A stretch of 64,000 bases of DNA from Mobula hypostoma (Eukaryota), in assembly GCF_963921235.1 (NCBI RefSeq), contig NC_086108.1, positions 6,138,001-6,202,000 of the forward strand, given 5' to 3'. The position numbers and the translations under genes are program-made. Of the stretch, positions 37,929 to 51,110 are shown piece by piece. How positions within the stretch are numbered: the first letter of the stretch is position 1; each line of letters begins with the position of its first letter. The notes under the pieces were generated by a model. The model searched no databases and had not been told where the DNA came from. It saw only the letters and a list, made by a program, of their open reading frames with translations.

Positions 37929-38200
37929 AGCAACACACAAAATGCCGGAAGAACATGTGTGTATAAACAGTTGACGTTTTGGGCCAAAACCCTTCATCAG
38001 GACTGGAAGGAAAGATGAGAAATCAGAGTATGGAGGTGGGGGGGAGGGGAGGAAAAAGTACAAGGTGGCAGGTGACAGGTGAAACCGGGGGAGGGGAAAA
38101 GCTGATTGGTGAAAGAGAGAAATTTCTGAGAAGTGGAAATCTGACAGAAGAGGATGGAAGAAAGGGAAAGGAGAAAAGCATCAGAGGGAGTTGATGGATC
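37929..38200 (-). mobile_element. Penelope-like terminal-repeat fragment
   Basis: Hammerhead-type motif at 37968-38005 and purine-rich tract on the + strand. Confidence 0.8.
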
Positions 38201-38235
38201 CCAGCAAGGATACGTGGCTGTGGTTGTGGGTCACT

Positions 38236-38680
38236 CAACTTCACTTGCCCCATCATTGAAATATACCCATATTCAAGGACACTCCATCACATGCTCTCCA
38301 TATTTATTGTTTATTTATTTATCATTACTCATTTCTTTCTGTTTGTATTTGAATAGTTTGTTGTTTTCTGTACTTGGTTGAATGCCCAATTTGATGTGAT
38401 TTTGTTGTGGTTATTATTATTTTATTATGGATTTGTTTTGTATGCCCGCAAGAGAAAATGAATCTCAGGGTTGTATACTGTATATGTATCTTGATAATAA
38501 ATTTACTTTGAACTTTGACTTTGGGATAGAACTTCATGTAGATACTAGAGGCAACTACTGCAAATACCGTGAGCTTTTGGAGTAAAAACTCTACTAAGTG
38601 GATCCTCGATTTCCTCACTTACAGACCTCAGTCACTACAGGTTGGCAACATCTCCTCCACAATTGCTTTGAACGTTGAGT
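38236..38680 (+). repeat. Composite repeat, copy 2 of the direct pair
   Basis: Matches 31395-31860. Confidence 0.8.
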
Positions 38681-38792
38681 TAGCTTTGATTTACAATTGA
38701 AAATATGTTTGATGTCAACTTGGATCTCATTAAATCAGTCCAGGTGTCCAAACAGAAAAAATAGAACCACTGTAAACATGGTGAGTCAGTAT

Positions 38793-40151
38793 CGTTATGT
38801 ACCCCTAGGGGTCATATTTTTTTTTTATGGACTATACCTTTTAAAAGAGAGAGAGAGTGTTCAACACAAGCACGTTGTTATTAAGAGAGAGAGGCGAAGA
38901 CTGCTTTGAGATGGTGTTAAAGTTTCTCTGCGGCATGTTTACACTTCTGCAAGGACACTGGCAGCTTATAAGTTCTTACAGAGAGAGAAGGGAGGAGCTA
39001 CTTGATGGACAGCTGGTGTTCAGCATGGTGAGATAAATAGAAGGTCAGATGATAGACTCACAGACACATGGTTTTGGACACTGGATGAGCTTTATTGTGC
39101 CTGCAGAAAGGTGGGTTTTTGGGGGATCGATCAGTGGCTCTCGCAGTGTGGAAAAGGTGTGACCAGTGGGGAGTTATTTGTGTGTCTGACCCTCGCTTGG
39201 GTTGATAATTCCACCACAGAAGAACGGTTCCCTTTGTTGTGGTCACATTTGGTGACTTTAAAGGAAGAGAAGAGGGGAGAGGAAGATTTGTAACAGAAGA
39301 AACCTAGTGACAAAGAGGTCACTGTTTAGACTCTCTCTCTCAAAGTAGCCTGTAAGGGTGAGTTTGAGTTCCATTCGAATACGAAGGTGTGACTGTCACA
39401 TAGTTAATCCACAAGGGTGAGTTCTCTGGTGAGGGGAGTACCTTTGTGAATACCACTTGTGTGTTACCCTTGTTTGGGTGTGGTGGTTCACTGAAGAAAG
39501 GCACCCCTGTGGCAAATCACTGTTGGAGTTATTTTGTATGTCGTGGAACTAGATAAGTGGCTATCACGTTGTGTGTTTGTGGTTGGTTCCCTTGAAGAGG
39601 GTCCCTTTAGTGATAGACTACTGTTGGTGATAATCCATATGTGGATTCTGTTTGAATATCCTGTGGCCACCACTTTGGGATGACCTGTAGCTGAATTCGG
39701 GTATGGTACCACTTGTGTTGAAAGGATATTCGTTGAAGATCACTGTCGGTGATACTTCGTGTGTGGAGTGGAATAACTTCGGAGATAAAACCTACTACTA
39801 TTGTTATTTTGTATTGCTGTCATGGAATCTGTGGAATATCGACATAATTGCCTTCTCTCGACATTTACCCTGGATTACAAATCTCTCTCTCTCTCCATCA
39901 CTACTCAACTGAATACCACGAGCTGAATTGAACTTTAATCATCACCATAAGACTGTATCTATTTACCCTTAGGCTTGAAGAAGCTTGGTTTCTATATTTC
40001 CACACTTATATTGCTAACCTGTTTGATATATCTACATTTATATTACTGAATTGCGTAGTTACTAATAAATAATATTAGTGAATAGCAATACCAGACTCCA
40101 AAGTGTTTTCCATTTCTGCTGGTTCGTTAACCCGTCACGGGGTATGTGACA
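38793..40151 (+). mobile_element. Solo LTR A (1359 bp; Gypsy or ERV type)
   Basis: Termini cGTTATGTACCCC...GGGGTATGTGACA, 4 bp TSD GTAT, AATAAA near 40064. Confidence 0.85.
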
Positions 40152-40530
40152 GTATATACAAGTGAGGAGTAGCCTCAAAATATGAGTGTGGGAAAGCTGG
40201 TGGAGTTTTGGATTGTTCACAGTACATTTATTATCAACATATGTGTATTATATACAACCTTGAGATTCGTCTCCTTACAGGCAGCCACAAAACAACTAAA
40301 CCTGAAAGAACCCATTTAAAAAAGGCCATCAAACAGCTAATGTGCAGCAAAAAACAAATGGTGCAAACAATAAAAGTAAGCAAATAAAATTCAGAACTGA
40401 AGTTTGTGAAAGTAAGTCCACAGCCACAAAGCCAGTCATCACTGCAGCCAATATAGGAGCCCGTTTTAGCTTCAGTTCAGCACAGAGATGGGTAAACCTC
40501 ATGGAACAGTGAGCTGAATCAGTCTGTCCC

Positions 40531-40625
40531 TCGTCTCCAGCCCCCACACCCTGACCTTTTCAATCTCCAGTCCCGACACCCTGACCTTTCCAATCTCCGG
40601 CCCTGACACCGGGACCTTTTCAACC
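40531..40625 (+). repeat. Minisatellite, 30 bp x 3
   Basis: caatctccagtcccgacaccctgacctttt unit. Confidence 0.85.
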
Positions 40626-40838
40626 TGGCCCAGTACCTATATCACCCAAACCTCAGGTCGTTAGTCACTCTCAGACCTGGGCCCTGAGATTTATTTCTTG
40701 AGGTGTAGTGTGGAATAGGCCCTTCTGGCCCTTTGAGACGCAGAGCCTGGCAATGCCAACTTAACCCTAATCATGGGACAATTTACAATGAACAATGAAC
40801 ATACTAAATGGTATGTCTTTGGACGGTGGGAAGAAACT

Positions 40839-41115
40839 GGATAGCGCAGTAGCGTAGTGGTTAGCATAACGCTTTACAGTAGTGGTGACCTGCGTTCAAT
40901 TCCCGCCACTGCCTGTAAGGAGTTTGTAATTTCTCCCTGTGACTGCATGGGTTTCCTCCAGGTGCTCTGGTTTCCTCCCACAGTCCAAAGATGTACCGGT
41001 TGGTCGATTAATTGGTCTTCGTAAATTGTCCTGGATTAGGTTAGGATAAAATCTGGGGATTGCTGTGCAGTGTGGTTTGAAGTGTCAGAAGGGCCTATTC
41101 CATTTATCTCAATAG
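40839..41115 (+). mobile_element. tRNA-derived V-SINE/HE1-like SINE; an inverted partial copy lies at about 40690-40838
   Basis: A box TAGCGTAGTGG, B box GTTCAATTCCC, body and tail. Confidence 0.85.
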
Positions 41116-41565
41116 AGTCATAGAAAAGTACAGCATAAAATCAGGCCCCTTGGCCCATCTAGTCCATGCTGAACCACTAAAACTGCCTAATCCCATCGAC
41201 CTGCACCGGGAGCACAGCCCTCCGTACCCCTGCCATCCACGTACCTATCCAAACTTCTCTTAAATGTTGAAATCGAGCTCGCATGCACCACTTGTGCTGG
41301 CAGCTCATTCCACACTGTCACCACCCTCTGAGTGAAGAAGGCTCCCTTCATGTTCCCCTTGAACTTTTCACCTTTCACCCATAAACCATGATTCCTGGTT
41401 GTAGTCCCACCCAACCTCAGTGGAAAAAGCCTCTACACCCCTCATAATTTTGTATACCTCTATCAAACTCCCATGAATCTTCTACGTTCCAAGGAATAAA
41501 GTCTTAACCAATTTAATCTTTCCTTCTAACTCAGGTCCCCCAGTCCTGCAACGTCCTTGTAATGA
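41115..41565 (-). mobile_element. CR1 3' fragment
   Basis: FFTQRVVTVWNELP motif and 3'UTR. Confidence 0.8.
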
Positions 41566-41750
41566 ATTTCGTGAAGATAATGAAGTTCAGTTTGTATTGA
41601 GAGTGAGTAAATTTTGAACAGGTGGATCCTGTCATTTTAATGATGGGCTTAGACATCATAGACAAATAGTCAAATCATATCTACATTCCACTATTTCTAT
41701 GGTTCAAAGGTAAATTTAATATCAGAGAATGAATACAGCACACAACCTGG

Positions 41751-43030
41751 TCTGATCAGGGGCAGTCAGCATTGCTTTGTTAAGGGCAGATCGTGTCTAA
41801 CTAGCCTGATAGAGTTCCTTGAGGAGGTGACCAGGCATATAGATGAGAGTAGTACAGTGGATGTGATCTATATGGATTTTAGTAAGGCTTTTGACAAGGT
41901 TCCACACAGTAGGCTTATTCAGAAAGTCAAAAGGCATGGAATCCAGGGAAGTTTGGCTAGGTGGATTCAGAATTGGCTTGCCTACAGAAGGCAGAGGGTC
42001 ATGGTGGAGGGAGTACATTCGGATTGGAGGGTTGTGACTAGTGGTGTCCCACAAGGATCGGTTCTAGGACCTCTACTTTTCGTGATTTTTATTAATGACC
42101 TGGATGTGGGGGTAGAAGGGTGGGTTGGCAAGTTTGCAGACGACACAAAGGTTGGTGGTGTTGTAGATAGTGTAGAGGATTGTTGAAGGTTGTTGAGAGA
42201 TATTGATAGGATGCAGCAGTGGGCTGAGAAGTGGCAGATGGAGTTCAACCCAGAGAAGTATGAGGTGGTATACTTTGGAAGGACAAACTCCAAGGCAGAG
42301 TACAAAGTAAATGGCAGGATACTTGGTAGTGTGGAGGAGCAGATGGATCTCGGGGTACATGTCCACAGATCCCTGAGAGTTGCCTCACAGGTAGATAGGG
42401 TAATTAAGAAAGCTTATGGGGTGTTAGCTTTCATAAGTCGAGGGATAGAGTTTAAGAATTGCGATGTAATGATGCAGCTCTATAAAACTCTGGTTAGGCC
42501 ACACTTGGAGTACTGTGTCCAGTTCTGGTCGCCTCACTACAGGAAGGATGTGGAAGCATTGGAAAGGGTACAGAGGAGATTTACCAGGATGCTGCCTGGT
42601 TTAGAGAGTATGCATTATGATCAGGGATTAAGGGAGCTAGGGCTTTACTCTTTGGTGAGAAGGAGGATGAGAGGAGACATGATAGAGGTATACAAGATAT
42701 TAAGAGGAATAGATAGAGTGGATAGCCAGCGCCTCTTCCCCAGGGCACCACTGCTCAATACAAGAGGACATGGCTTTAAGGTAAGGGGTGGGAAGTTCAA
42801 GGAAGATATTAGAGGAAGGTTTTTAACTCAGAGAGTGGTTGGTGCATGGAATGCACTGCCTGAGTCAGTGGTGGAGGAAGATACACTAGTGAAATTTAAG
42901 AGATTACTTGACAGGTATATGGAGGAATTTAAGGTGGGGGGTTATACGAGAGGCAGGGTTTGAGGGTTGGCACAATATTGTGGGCCGAAGGGCCTGTACT
43001 GTGCTGTACTATTCTATGTTCTATGTTCTA
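41751..43030 (+). mobile_element. CR1 family C, 5'-truncated RT fragment
   Basis: [23 protein letters not shown]; one in-frame stop; tail (ttctatg)n. Confidence 0.93.
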
Positions 43031-44099
43031 AAACAGGGAAACCCCATAGAATGATAGAAACATCAAGCCCCAAAGACGCTCCAACTCCTTTCACTCAAGC
43101 AGCAGCAAAAGTATCAACCATCCCCCCACTCCCAACTCGCACCAGCAGAAGAATCGATTCCACCCCCCCCCCCCACTCCACCATGCAAGGAGCAGCAGAA
43201 ATACCAAAGAGCCTGTTAATCAGGAGTCCATCAACATACAGTTCACAAACCAGCACTTCGGTATCTCAGACAGGCTGTCCAACCAGTCCCCCCAACCACG
43301 CCCCCCCCCCATCAAACTACAGTTCACAAATCAGCCCTTCAGTATCTCAGACAGGCTCCCTCTCCCACCACCCTCCACTCCCTCTAACCCTCCCCCCATA
43401 TCCCCTCAAGCTGCAGGTCACAGGACAGAAAGTTAGACCATAAAGCATACTGTAGGTACAGAATTAAACCATTCGGCCTATCTGCTCTGCCGTTCCATTG
43501 TAGCTGATTTATTTTCTCCTCTCAACCCCATCCTTCTGCCTTCTCCCTGTAATCTTTGCCACCTATGGCAATGAATTCCATAGATCACCACCTGCTGACT
43601 AAAGATATTCCTTCTCATCTCCGCTCTAAATGGACATCTCTCAATTCTGAGGCTGTGTCCTCTGGTCTATGGAGTGTTGAATGGTATCAACAGAGTGGAT
43701 GTGCAGAAGATGTTTCCTATGGTAGGGGGGATCTAAGACCAGAAGTCCAAAAAGAGAGCAAAAAAAAGGGGAAAAAAGCAGTTAAGTAGTGTTCATGGGT
43801 TCATTGTCTGTTCAGAGATCTGATGGCAGAGGGATGAAGCTGTTCCTCAAGCAGTGAGTGTGTGTCTTCAGGGCCCTGTACTTCCTCCCCAATGGTAGTA
43901 ATGAGAACAAAGCAAATCTTGGATGGTGATGGTGTTGTTGAATGATGGCACCTTCTTGAGACATCACCTATTTGAGATGTGCTCAATGTTGGGGAGGTTT
44001 CAATGAGATTCCACCCCCCCCCCATTCTTCTAGATTACAGTAAATTCAGACCCACAGCCATCAAACACTCCTTGTACATTAACCCTTTCATTTCTAGTT

Positions 44100-44510
44100 C
44101 CTTGGGTAGGCAACTTGCTGAGTCAGAATGGTCAAGCTGGGTTTCCAATCTGTATAATTCTAGGTTGCTATGGATAACATAATAATCCCAGTATCTAGGA
44201 TGAGGAAATCAGCTCCAATTCATTCAGCCGAGTTGGATCACTTTACAAAACAAAACTGTCACTGCACTAAACCCCTGATACAATCTCCATTCCAATCAAC
44301 GATTCTAAGAGGATCAGACTCGGGTTTAATGCCACTGACAAACATTGTGAAACTTATTGTTTTGTAACATTAGAAGAGAGTGACAGCAGTCACATTGTGG
44401 GCAATTATTAATCTGACCTTGAATATGCTGATAACATTTTCTCCAGTAACCCAGAACACAGATTAAGCATTCTATCAAACTGACATCTGAAAGGGAAAGT
44501 TATCGAATCA
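44100..44510 (+). repeat. Local repeat module X, copy 1
   Basis: Homologous to the other X copies; flanks 43790-44830 match 62900-64000. Confidence 0.9.
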
Positions 44511-45190
44511 GAAACTCTCCCACAATGGGTAATATCTTCTCCGCGTCTACTCTATCTAGGCCTTTCAATGATATCATAAGACACAGGAACAGAATCAGAC
44601 CATTCAGCCATCGAGTCTGCTCTGCTGTTCCATCATGGCTGATTTACTATCCCTCTCAATTCCATTCTCTTGCCTTCCCGCCATAACCTTTGACACTCTT
44701 ACTAATGAAGAACCTATCAACCTCTGTTTTAAATATACCCAGTGACTTGGCCTCCACAGCTGACTGTGGCAACAAATTCCACAGATTCACCACTCTCAGG
44801 ATAAAGAAATTCCTCCTCACCTATCTTCTAAAGGGACATCCTTGTACTCTGTGCTCTTTGGTCCTAGCCTATACAATTCCTATAAAAAGTGGATTTAATT
44901 TGACTTTTTTGACACTGATCAACAGAAAAAGACTCTTTCATGTCAAAGTGAACACAGATCTCTAAAAAGAAATCTGAATTAACTACAAATATAAAATACA
45001 AAATAATTGATTGCATAAGTATCCAACCCCTTCTCCGCTTTAGATGTACCCAATGACTTGGTCTCCACAGCTGCCTGTGGCAACAACTTCCACAGATTCA
45101 ACACCCTCTGGCTGAAGAAATTCCTCCTCATCCCTGGTCTAAAGTGACATCCTTGTATTCTGAGGCTGTACCCTTTGGTCCTAGACTATA

Positions 45191-47416
45191 CAGTTCCTAT
45201 AAAAAGTATTCATCTCCTCTTAGAAGTTTGCATGTTTTATTGTTTTACAACATTGAAACACAGAGGATTTAATTTGGCTTTTTAGACGCTGATCAATAGA
45301 AAGAGTTCATGTCAAAATGAAAGTCACAATCAGAATCAGGTTTATTATCACCGGTATGTAATGTGAAATTTGTTAACTTAGCAGCAGCAGTTCAATGCAA
45401 TACATAAACTAGCAGAGAGAAAAAATAAATAAATAAAATTAAAAAATAATATTAATAAATAAACAAGGAAACAATTATGTATATTGAATAGATTTTTAAA
45501 ATGTGCAAAAACAGAAATACTACATATTAATAAAAAGTGAGGTAGTTTCCAAAGCTTCAATGTCCATTTAGGATTCGGATGGCAGAGAGGAAGAAGCTGT
45601 TCCTGACTCGCTGAGTGTGTGCCTTCAGGCTTCTGTACTTCCTACCTGATGGTAACAGTGAGAAAAGGGCATGTCCTGGGGGTTGGAGGTCCCTAATAAT
45701 GGACGCTGCCTTTCTGAGATGCTGCTCCCTAGTGATGTCCTGGGTACTTTGTAGGCTAGTGCCCAAGATTTACAACCTTCTGCAGCTTCTTTCGGTCCTG
45801 TGCAGTAGCCCCTCCATAACAGACAATCATGCAGCCTGTCAGAATGCTCTCCACGGTACAACTATAGGAGTTTCTGAGTGTATTTGTTGACATGCCAAAT
45901 TTCTTCAAACTCCTAATAAAGTATAGCCACTGTCTTGCCTTCTTTATGACTACATCAATATGTTGGGACCAGGTTAGATCCTCAGAGATCTTGACAGTCA
46001 GGAACTTGAAGTTGCTCACTCTCTCCACTTCTGATCCCTCTATGAGGATTGGTGTGTGTTCCTTCATCCCACCCTTCCTGAAGTCCACAATCAGCTCTTT
46101 TATCTTACTGACATTGAGTGCCAGGTTGTTGCTGCAGCACCATTCCACTAGTTGGCATATCTTACTCCTGTATGCCCTCTTGTCACCACCTGAGATTCTA
46201 CCAACAATGGTTGTATTGTCAGCAAATTTGTAGATGGTATTTGAGCTATGCCTAGCCACACAGTCAGTCATGGGTATAGAGAGAGTAGAGCAGTGGGCTA
46301 AGCACACACGCCAGTGCCAGTGTTGATCGTCAGCGAGAAGGATATATTATCATCAATCCACACAGACTGGGATCTTCCAGTTAGGATCCAATTGCAGAGG
46401 GAGGTACAGAGGCCCAGGTTCTGCAACTTCTCAAACAGGATTGTGGGAATGATGGGAGTGATCAAAATTGATTACAAATATAAAACAGAAAATTCACCCT
46501 CTTAAAGTCAGTATTTGGTAGATGTACCTTTGGCAGCAATTTCAGCCTTGAGTCTGTGTGGATAGGTCTCTATCAACTTTGCACATCTGACGCTGCAATT
46601 TTTGCCCATTATTCTTTACAAAACTGCTCATGCTTTGTCAGATTGCATGGGAATCATGAGTGAAAAGCTCTTTTCAAGTCCAACCAAAAATTCCTAATTG
46701 GATTAAAGTCTGGAGTCTAACTTGGCCACTCCAATGTAGCTTTGGCTTTATGCTTGGGATCATTGTCTTGCTGGAAAACAAATCTTCTCCCAAGTCACAG
46801 TTCGCTTGCAGACTGCATCAGGTTTTTCTCCAGAATTTCCCTGTATTTTGCTGCACTCATTTCCCTTTCTATCTTCACAAGCCTTCCAGGGTCTGCTGCA
46901 GTGAAGCATCCCCACAGCATGATGCAGCCACCACCATGCTTCACAGTAAGGATGGTGTGTTTTTGAGGATGTGTGGTGTTTGACTTATGCCAAACATAGC
47001 GTTTAGTCTGATACTAAGATGCTCAATTTTGGTTTCAGCCCACTGGACCTTCTTCCAGCTCACTTCAGAGTCTCCCAAATGCCTTTTGGCAAACTCTAGC
47101 CGAGATTTCCTGTGGGTGTTTTTTCAACAATGGCTTTCTCTTTGGCACTCTTTGGTGACGCAATCAATTGAAACCTTAACTGCATATGGTGATCTCTGTT
47201 TAACTATTTATATGATTTCTGAAACCAATTGGCTGAACCAGTGATTAATTGGTGTGACATATTAAAGGGGTTGAATACCTATCCAATCAACTATTTTGTG
47301 TTTTTTAGTTGTCATTAACTCAGATCACTTTGTAGAGATATGTTTTCACTTTGACACAGCAATACAACATGAAAACTTTTAAGGGGTGGGTGTGTGAGTA
47401 TTTTCTATGGGCACTG
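45191..47416 (-). mobile_element. Tc1-like DNA transposon, internally deleted, interrupted by a Rex LINE
   Basis: TA|CAGTTCCTATAAAAAGTATTCA ... GAGTATTTTCTATGGGCACTG; minus-strand transposase remnant TVKHGGGCIMLWGCF near 46900-46947; left end duplicated at about 44872-45030. Confidence 0.85.
45328..46455 (-). mobile_element. Rex1/Babar LINE 3' fragment
   Basis: KFADNTTIVGRI, ELIVDFRK, ISEDLTWS, KARQWLYFIRSL; (ctgatt)n tail. Confidence 0.88.
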
Positions 47417-47549
47417 TTCAAGTCCTCTCTATCTAGGACTTTCAATATTCGACAGATTTCAATTAGATGCACCCTCATTCTTCTAAGCTCCAGTGAGTAC
47501 AGACCCAGAGCCATCAAACAGTCCTTTTACATTAACTCTTTCATTCCCA

Positions 47550-47945
47550 ATTCATCAGGTCAGCAACTTGCTGAGTCATCACTGACATTTTGGGCTTCCA
47601 ATCTATATAACTCTAGGATACTATGGATAATCCAATAATCCCAGGAACTAGGATGAGGAAATCAGCTAAAATTCATTCAGTGGAGTTGGATCACTGTACA
47701 AAACAAAACTGTCACCACACTAAACCCCGGACTCAATCTCCATTCCCATTAACGATTCTAACAGGATCAGAATCGGGTTTAATGTCACAGACGTACGTTG
47801 TGAAATTTGTTGTTCTGTGACAGCAGCACAGAGCAGGAGTCACAGTGCGGGCAATTATTAAACTGGCCTTAAACTTGCTGGTGACATTTTCTCCAGTTAC
47901 CCAGAACACAGATTAAACTATCAAACTGGCATCTCTTTGATAAAG
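47550..47945 (+). repeat. Local repeat module X, copy 2
   Basis: Homologous to the other X copies. Confidence 0.9.
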
Positions 47946-47954
47946 CAAACACAA

Positions 47955-49915
47955 TCGGAATCAGCTTTAATATCACTGGCATAGGTCATGAAATTTGTTG
48001 TCATGCAATTTTTATACAAACAGTACATTGCAATGCATAATAAAAACTAAATTTCAGTAAGAAGTCTATACATATATACTAAAAAAGTTAAATTAAATAA
48101 GTAGTGCAAAAATAGAAACATAAAGTAGGAAAATGGTGTTCATGGGTTCAATGTCCATTCAGAAATCTGATGGCAGAGGGGAAGAAGCTGTTCCTGAATC
48201 GTTGAGGTGTGCTGTCAGGCTCCTGTACCTCCTTCCTGATGGTAGCAATGAGAACAGGGCATGTCCTGGGTAATGGGAGTCCTTGATGATGGATGCTGCC
48301 TTTTTGAGGCATAGCTCCTTGAAGATGTCCTGGATGCTATGGAGACTGGTGCCTATGATGGACTGACTGAGTTTACAACTCTCTGAAGCTTTTTTTGTGA
48401 TCCTGTGCAGTGCTCCCCATAGAATGCTGTCCATGCTATATCTGTAGAAATTTGCCTGTCTTTGGCAAGATGCCAAATCTCCTTGAATTCCTAACTAAAT
48501 GTAGCTGCTGTCGTGCCTACTTTGTAAATGCATCAATATGTTGGGCCGTGAATAGTGTTATGTACCCCGTAACTGGGTTGCCAAACCAGCAGAAATAGAC
48601 CACTTAGTTGGAGTCTGGATTACTGGATCTAAGAAAGTTTTATTAAAGAAATAAGTAACACAGTACTCTAATCGTAAGGATATAAATGCAACAGGTTAGC
48701 AATGATAAAACACACATGTACACAGAACTAGGATAATAGGAATCAATCAAGCTCTATCGCAGTCCAGGGGTAAAATGATCAGTCTCAAGTGACACAGAGT
48801 TCAGTTCAGCTTAGTACAGTTCTCAGTAATCACTGTTGTGCCATTGGAGAGAGAGAGAGAGAGGATGATATGCAAATCTGATTCAGACAGACCTTTGTTC
48901 TTCGCAGTTAGCTTTCGGGCGAACCCTTTTGATGTCTTCTGTGGTCACCGACTGTGACCCCTCCGTTCCGGATACGACTGTTCTTCCGTGGTGAACCCGG
49001 CACCCAGGCAAGGGCGGGCACACACACCAGGTTCCCACCAATCGTACCCTTTTCACCCTGTGTGTCTATGGTCGGTTCCCCCAACCAGACCTCCAACTCC
49101 TACCAACTTGTGGAGGAACGCCGCTTTTCCAAGGTCTCAATATCTCGTGATCTCGTGGTGTCTGTCTTGCCTTAGCGAACCTGTTGTTTTTATCCCCCTG
49201 CTGGGGTACCGCCTGTCCATCAAACTTCAAACAGTTCAGGTTCAAAGCAATCGGTCTGTCAATATTCGGACTAGTGTCTCTTTCCGTTATCTCTCTCTCC
49301 TCTCTCATTAACATTTTGAATGTTTCTCCATTGTCTCACTTGTCTCTCTTATTAGCATCAATCTTCTGATATCTTGGTTTTTTGTCACAATAGATCCTCA
49401 GAGATATTGACACCCAGGAACTTGAAATTGCTCCCTCTTTCCACATTGAGCCCTCTATAAGGACTGGTTTGTTTTCCCTCATCTTACCCTTTCTGAAGTG
49501 CAAAATCAGTTACTGATTTTAAGGGCACAGTTGTTGCTGCAACACCACTCAACCTCACTCCTGTACGCCTCTTCGTCACCATCTGAGATTCCGTGAACGA
49601 TAGTTGTGTTGTCAGTAAGTTTATAGATGGGTCTGGAGAGAGTGGAGAAGTTGGCTAAGCACACGTTAATGAAATGCGTCAGTTGTTTGTCACTGAGGCA
49701 GAACTGTTATTTCCAATCCAGTGAGGAAGTTGAGGATCCAGTTGCAGAGAGAGGTACTGAGCCCCAGGGGTTGGAGCTTTTTCATCAGACCTGTAGGAAT
49801 GACTGTGTTAGATGCTGGGCTGTAGTTAATATACAGAAACCTGACATAAACATTGGCATTGCCCCGGTGATCCAAGACCCCCTTAAGATGGCTTGGACAG
49901 AGTGAATCCATAATC
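47955..49915 (-). mobile_element. Rex1/Babar fragment interrupted by solo LTR B; paralogous to 60368-61950
   Basis: Collinear similarity with 60.4-61.9 kb and with 45.3-46.4 kb. Confidence 0.75.
48556..49389 (-). mobile_element. Solo LTR B (834 bp), related to LTR A
   Basis: TG...CA termini, 4 bp TSD ATAG, minus-strand AATAAA near 48640, empty paralogous site near 61378. Confidence 0.9.
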
Positions 49916-51110
49916 TGAATCAGAGTCAGAATCAGTCTGTTATCATGGACATATGTCGTGAAATTTGTTGATTTTTGATTTTCTTTTTTTATTGAAGGAA
50001 TGACACAATACAGAATATATAATGGATTATATTTTCCTCCATTTTGCTTTTATATCGTACCCCCAAACAAACCTCCCCCCACCCGCCCTCCCCGAACATA
50101 TCATGGCAGCTAATATATTTACAACACAACAATTCACAAATACAAGTACGGACATTTCACAACCATACCCCCACACTACTTCAAGACGACGGCTCACACA
50201 CATCTGCAACGTGTCAGATGATCCAAAATACACTCAGATTTACAATTCATCAACCACCCTGTGAGGTAAATTATAAGTGTATTAAATGGGAGGCAACTTC
50301 CCAAGTACAATCAAATGCCCTCAACTAGTAGGTAATTCCTTAAGACTCCTAAAACATGATAAGAAAGGTCCCTATTTCAAAAAGAACTTTTTCACAGACC
50401 CCCTCAAAGTGAATTTAATCTTTTCTAATTTCAGAAAAAACATTACATCTTCTAACCAAGCAGCAGCAGATAGGGGAGTGGCAGATTTCCAAACCAGCAA
50501 AATTCTCCTACGGGCCAATAGCGATGATATCTGACTGGCTTGCATCTAAACCCAAATCATCATCTGCCACACCAAATACAGCTATAAGCAGGCAAGGTCT
50601 CAGTTTCACCCCCAAAAGCTCACTGATAATTTTAAAAACCAGTGCCCATTAGCCATCAAGCCGAGGGCATGACCAAAATGCATGTACTAAACTAGCCGGA
50701 GAGAAGGAACACCTGTCACAGCCAGCGTCTGTCCCAGGGTGTATGTCTGCAAGTCTGGCTTTACTTAAATGTACCCTGTGTAAAACTTTAAATTGTATGA
50801 GCCCCAATCTAGCACATGATGATGAGAAATGGACCCTATTCAATACTTTTGCCCAATATTCCTCAGCCAGCTCCATACCGAGGTCATCCTCCCACCTACT
50901 CTTAGTTTTGTTTGGATCTTGAACTCCCAAAGACATCAGCTGAGAGTATAGTTCAGAGATCACCCCTTTATTGTTAAAGCTAAGAGTGAGTTTTTCCCAT
51001 AACATGGCAGGTGGTAGATCAGGAAAAGAGGGAAATTTTTCCTTGACAAAGTGGCGAATCTGCAGGTATTTAAAAAAATGATTATGCGGAAGGCCATACT
51101 TACCGCACAG

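Noticed and set aside
40531..40625. 30 bp repeats considered as a CRISPR-like array
   Set aside because: Head-to-tail units without spacers in eukaryotic DNA; an ordinary minisatellite.
40839..40910. tRNA-like sequences with A and B boxes
   Set aside because: They are SINE heads joined to a SINE body and tail, with no complete cloverleaf.
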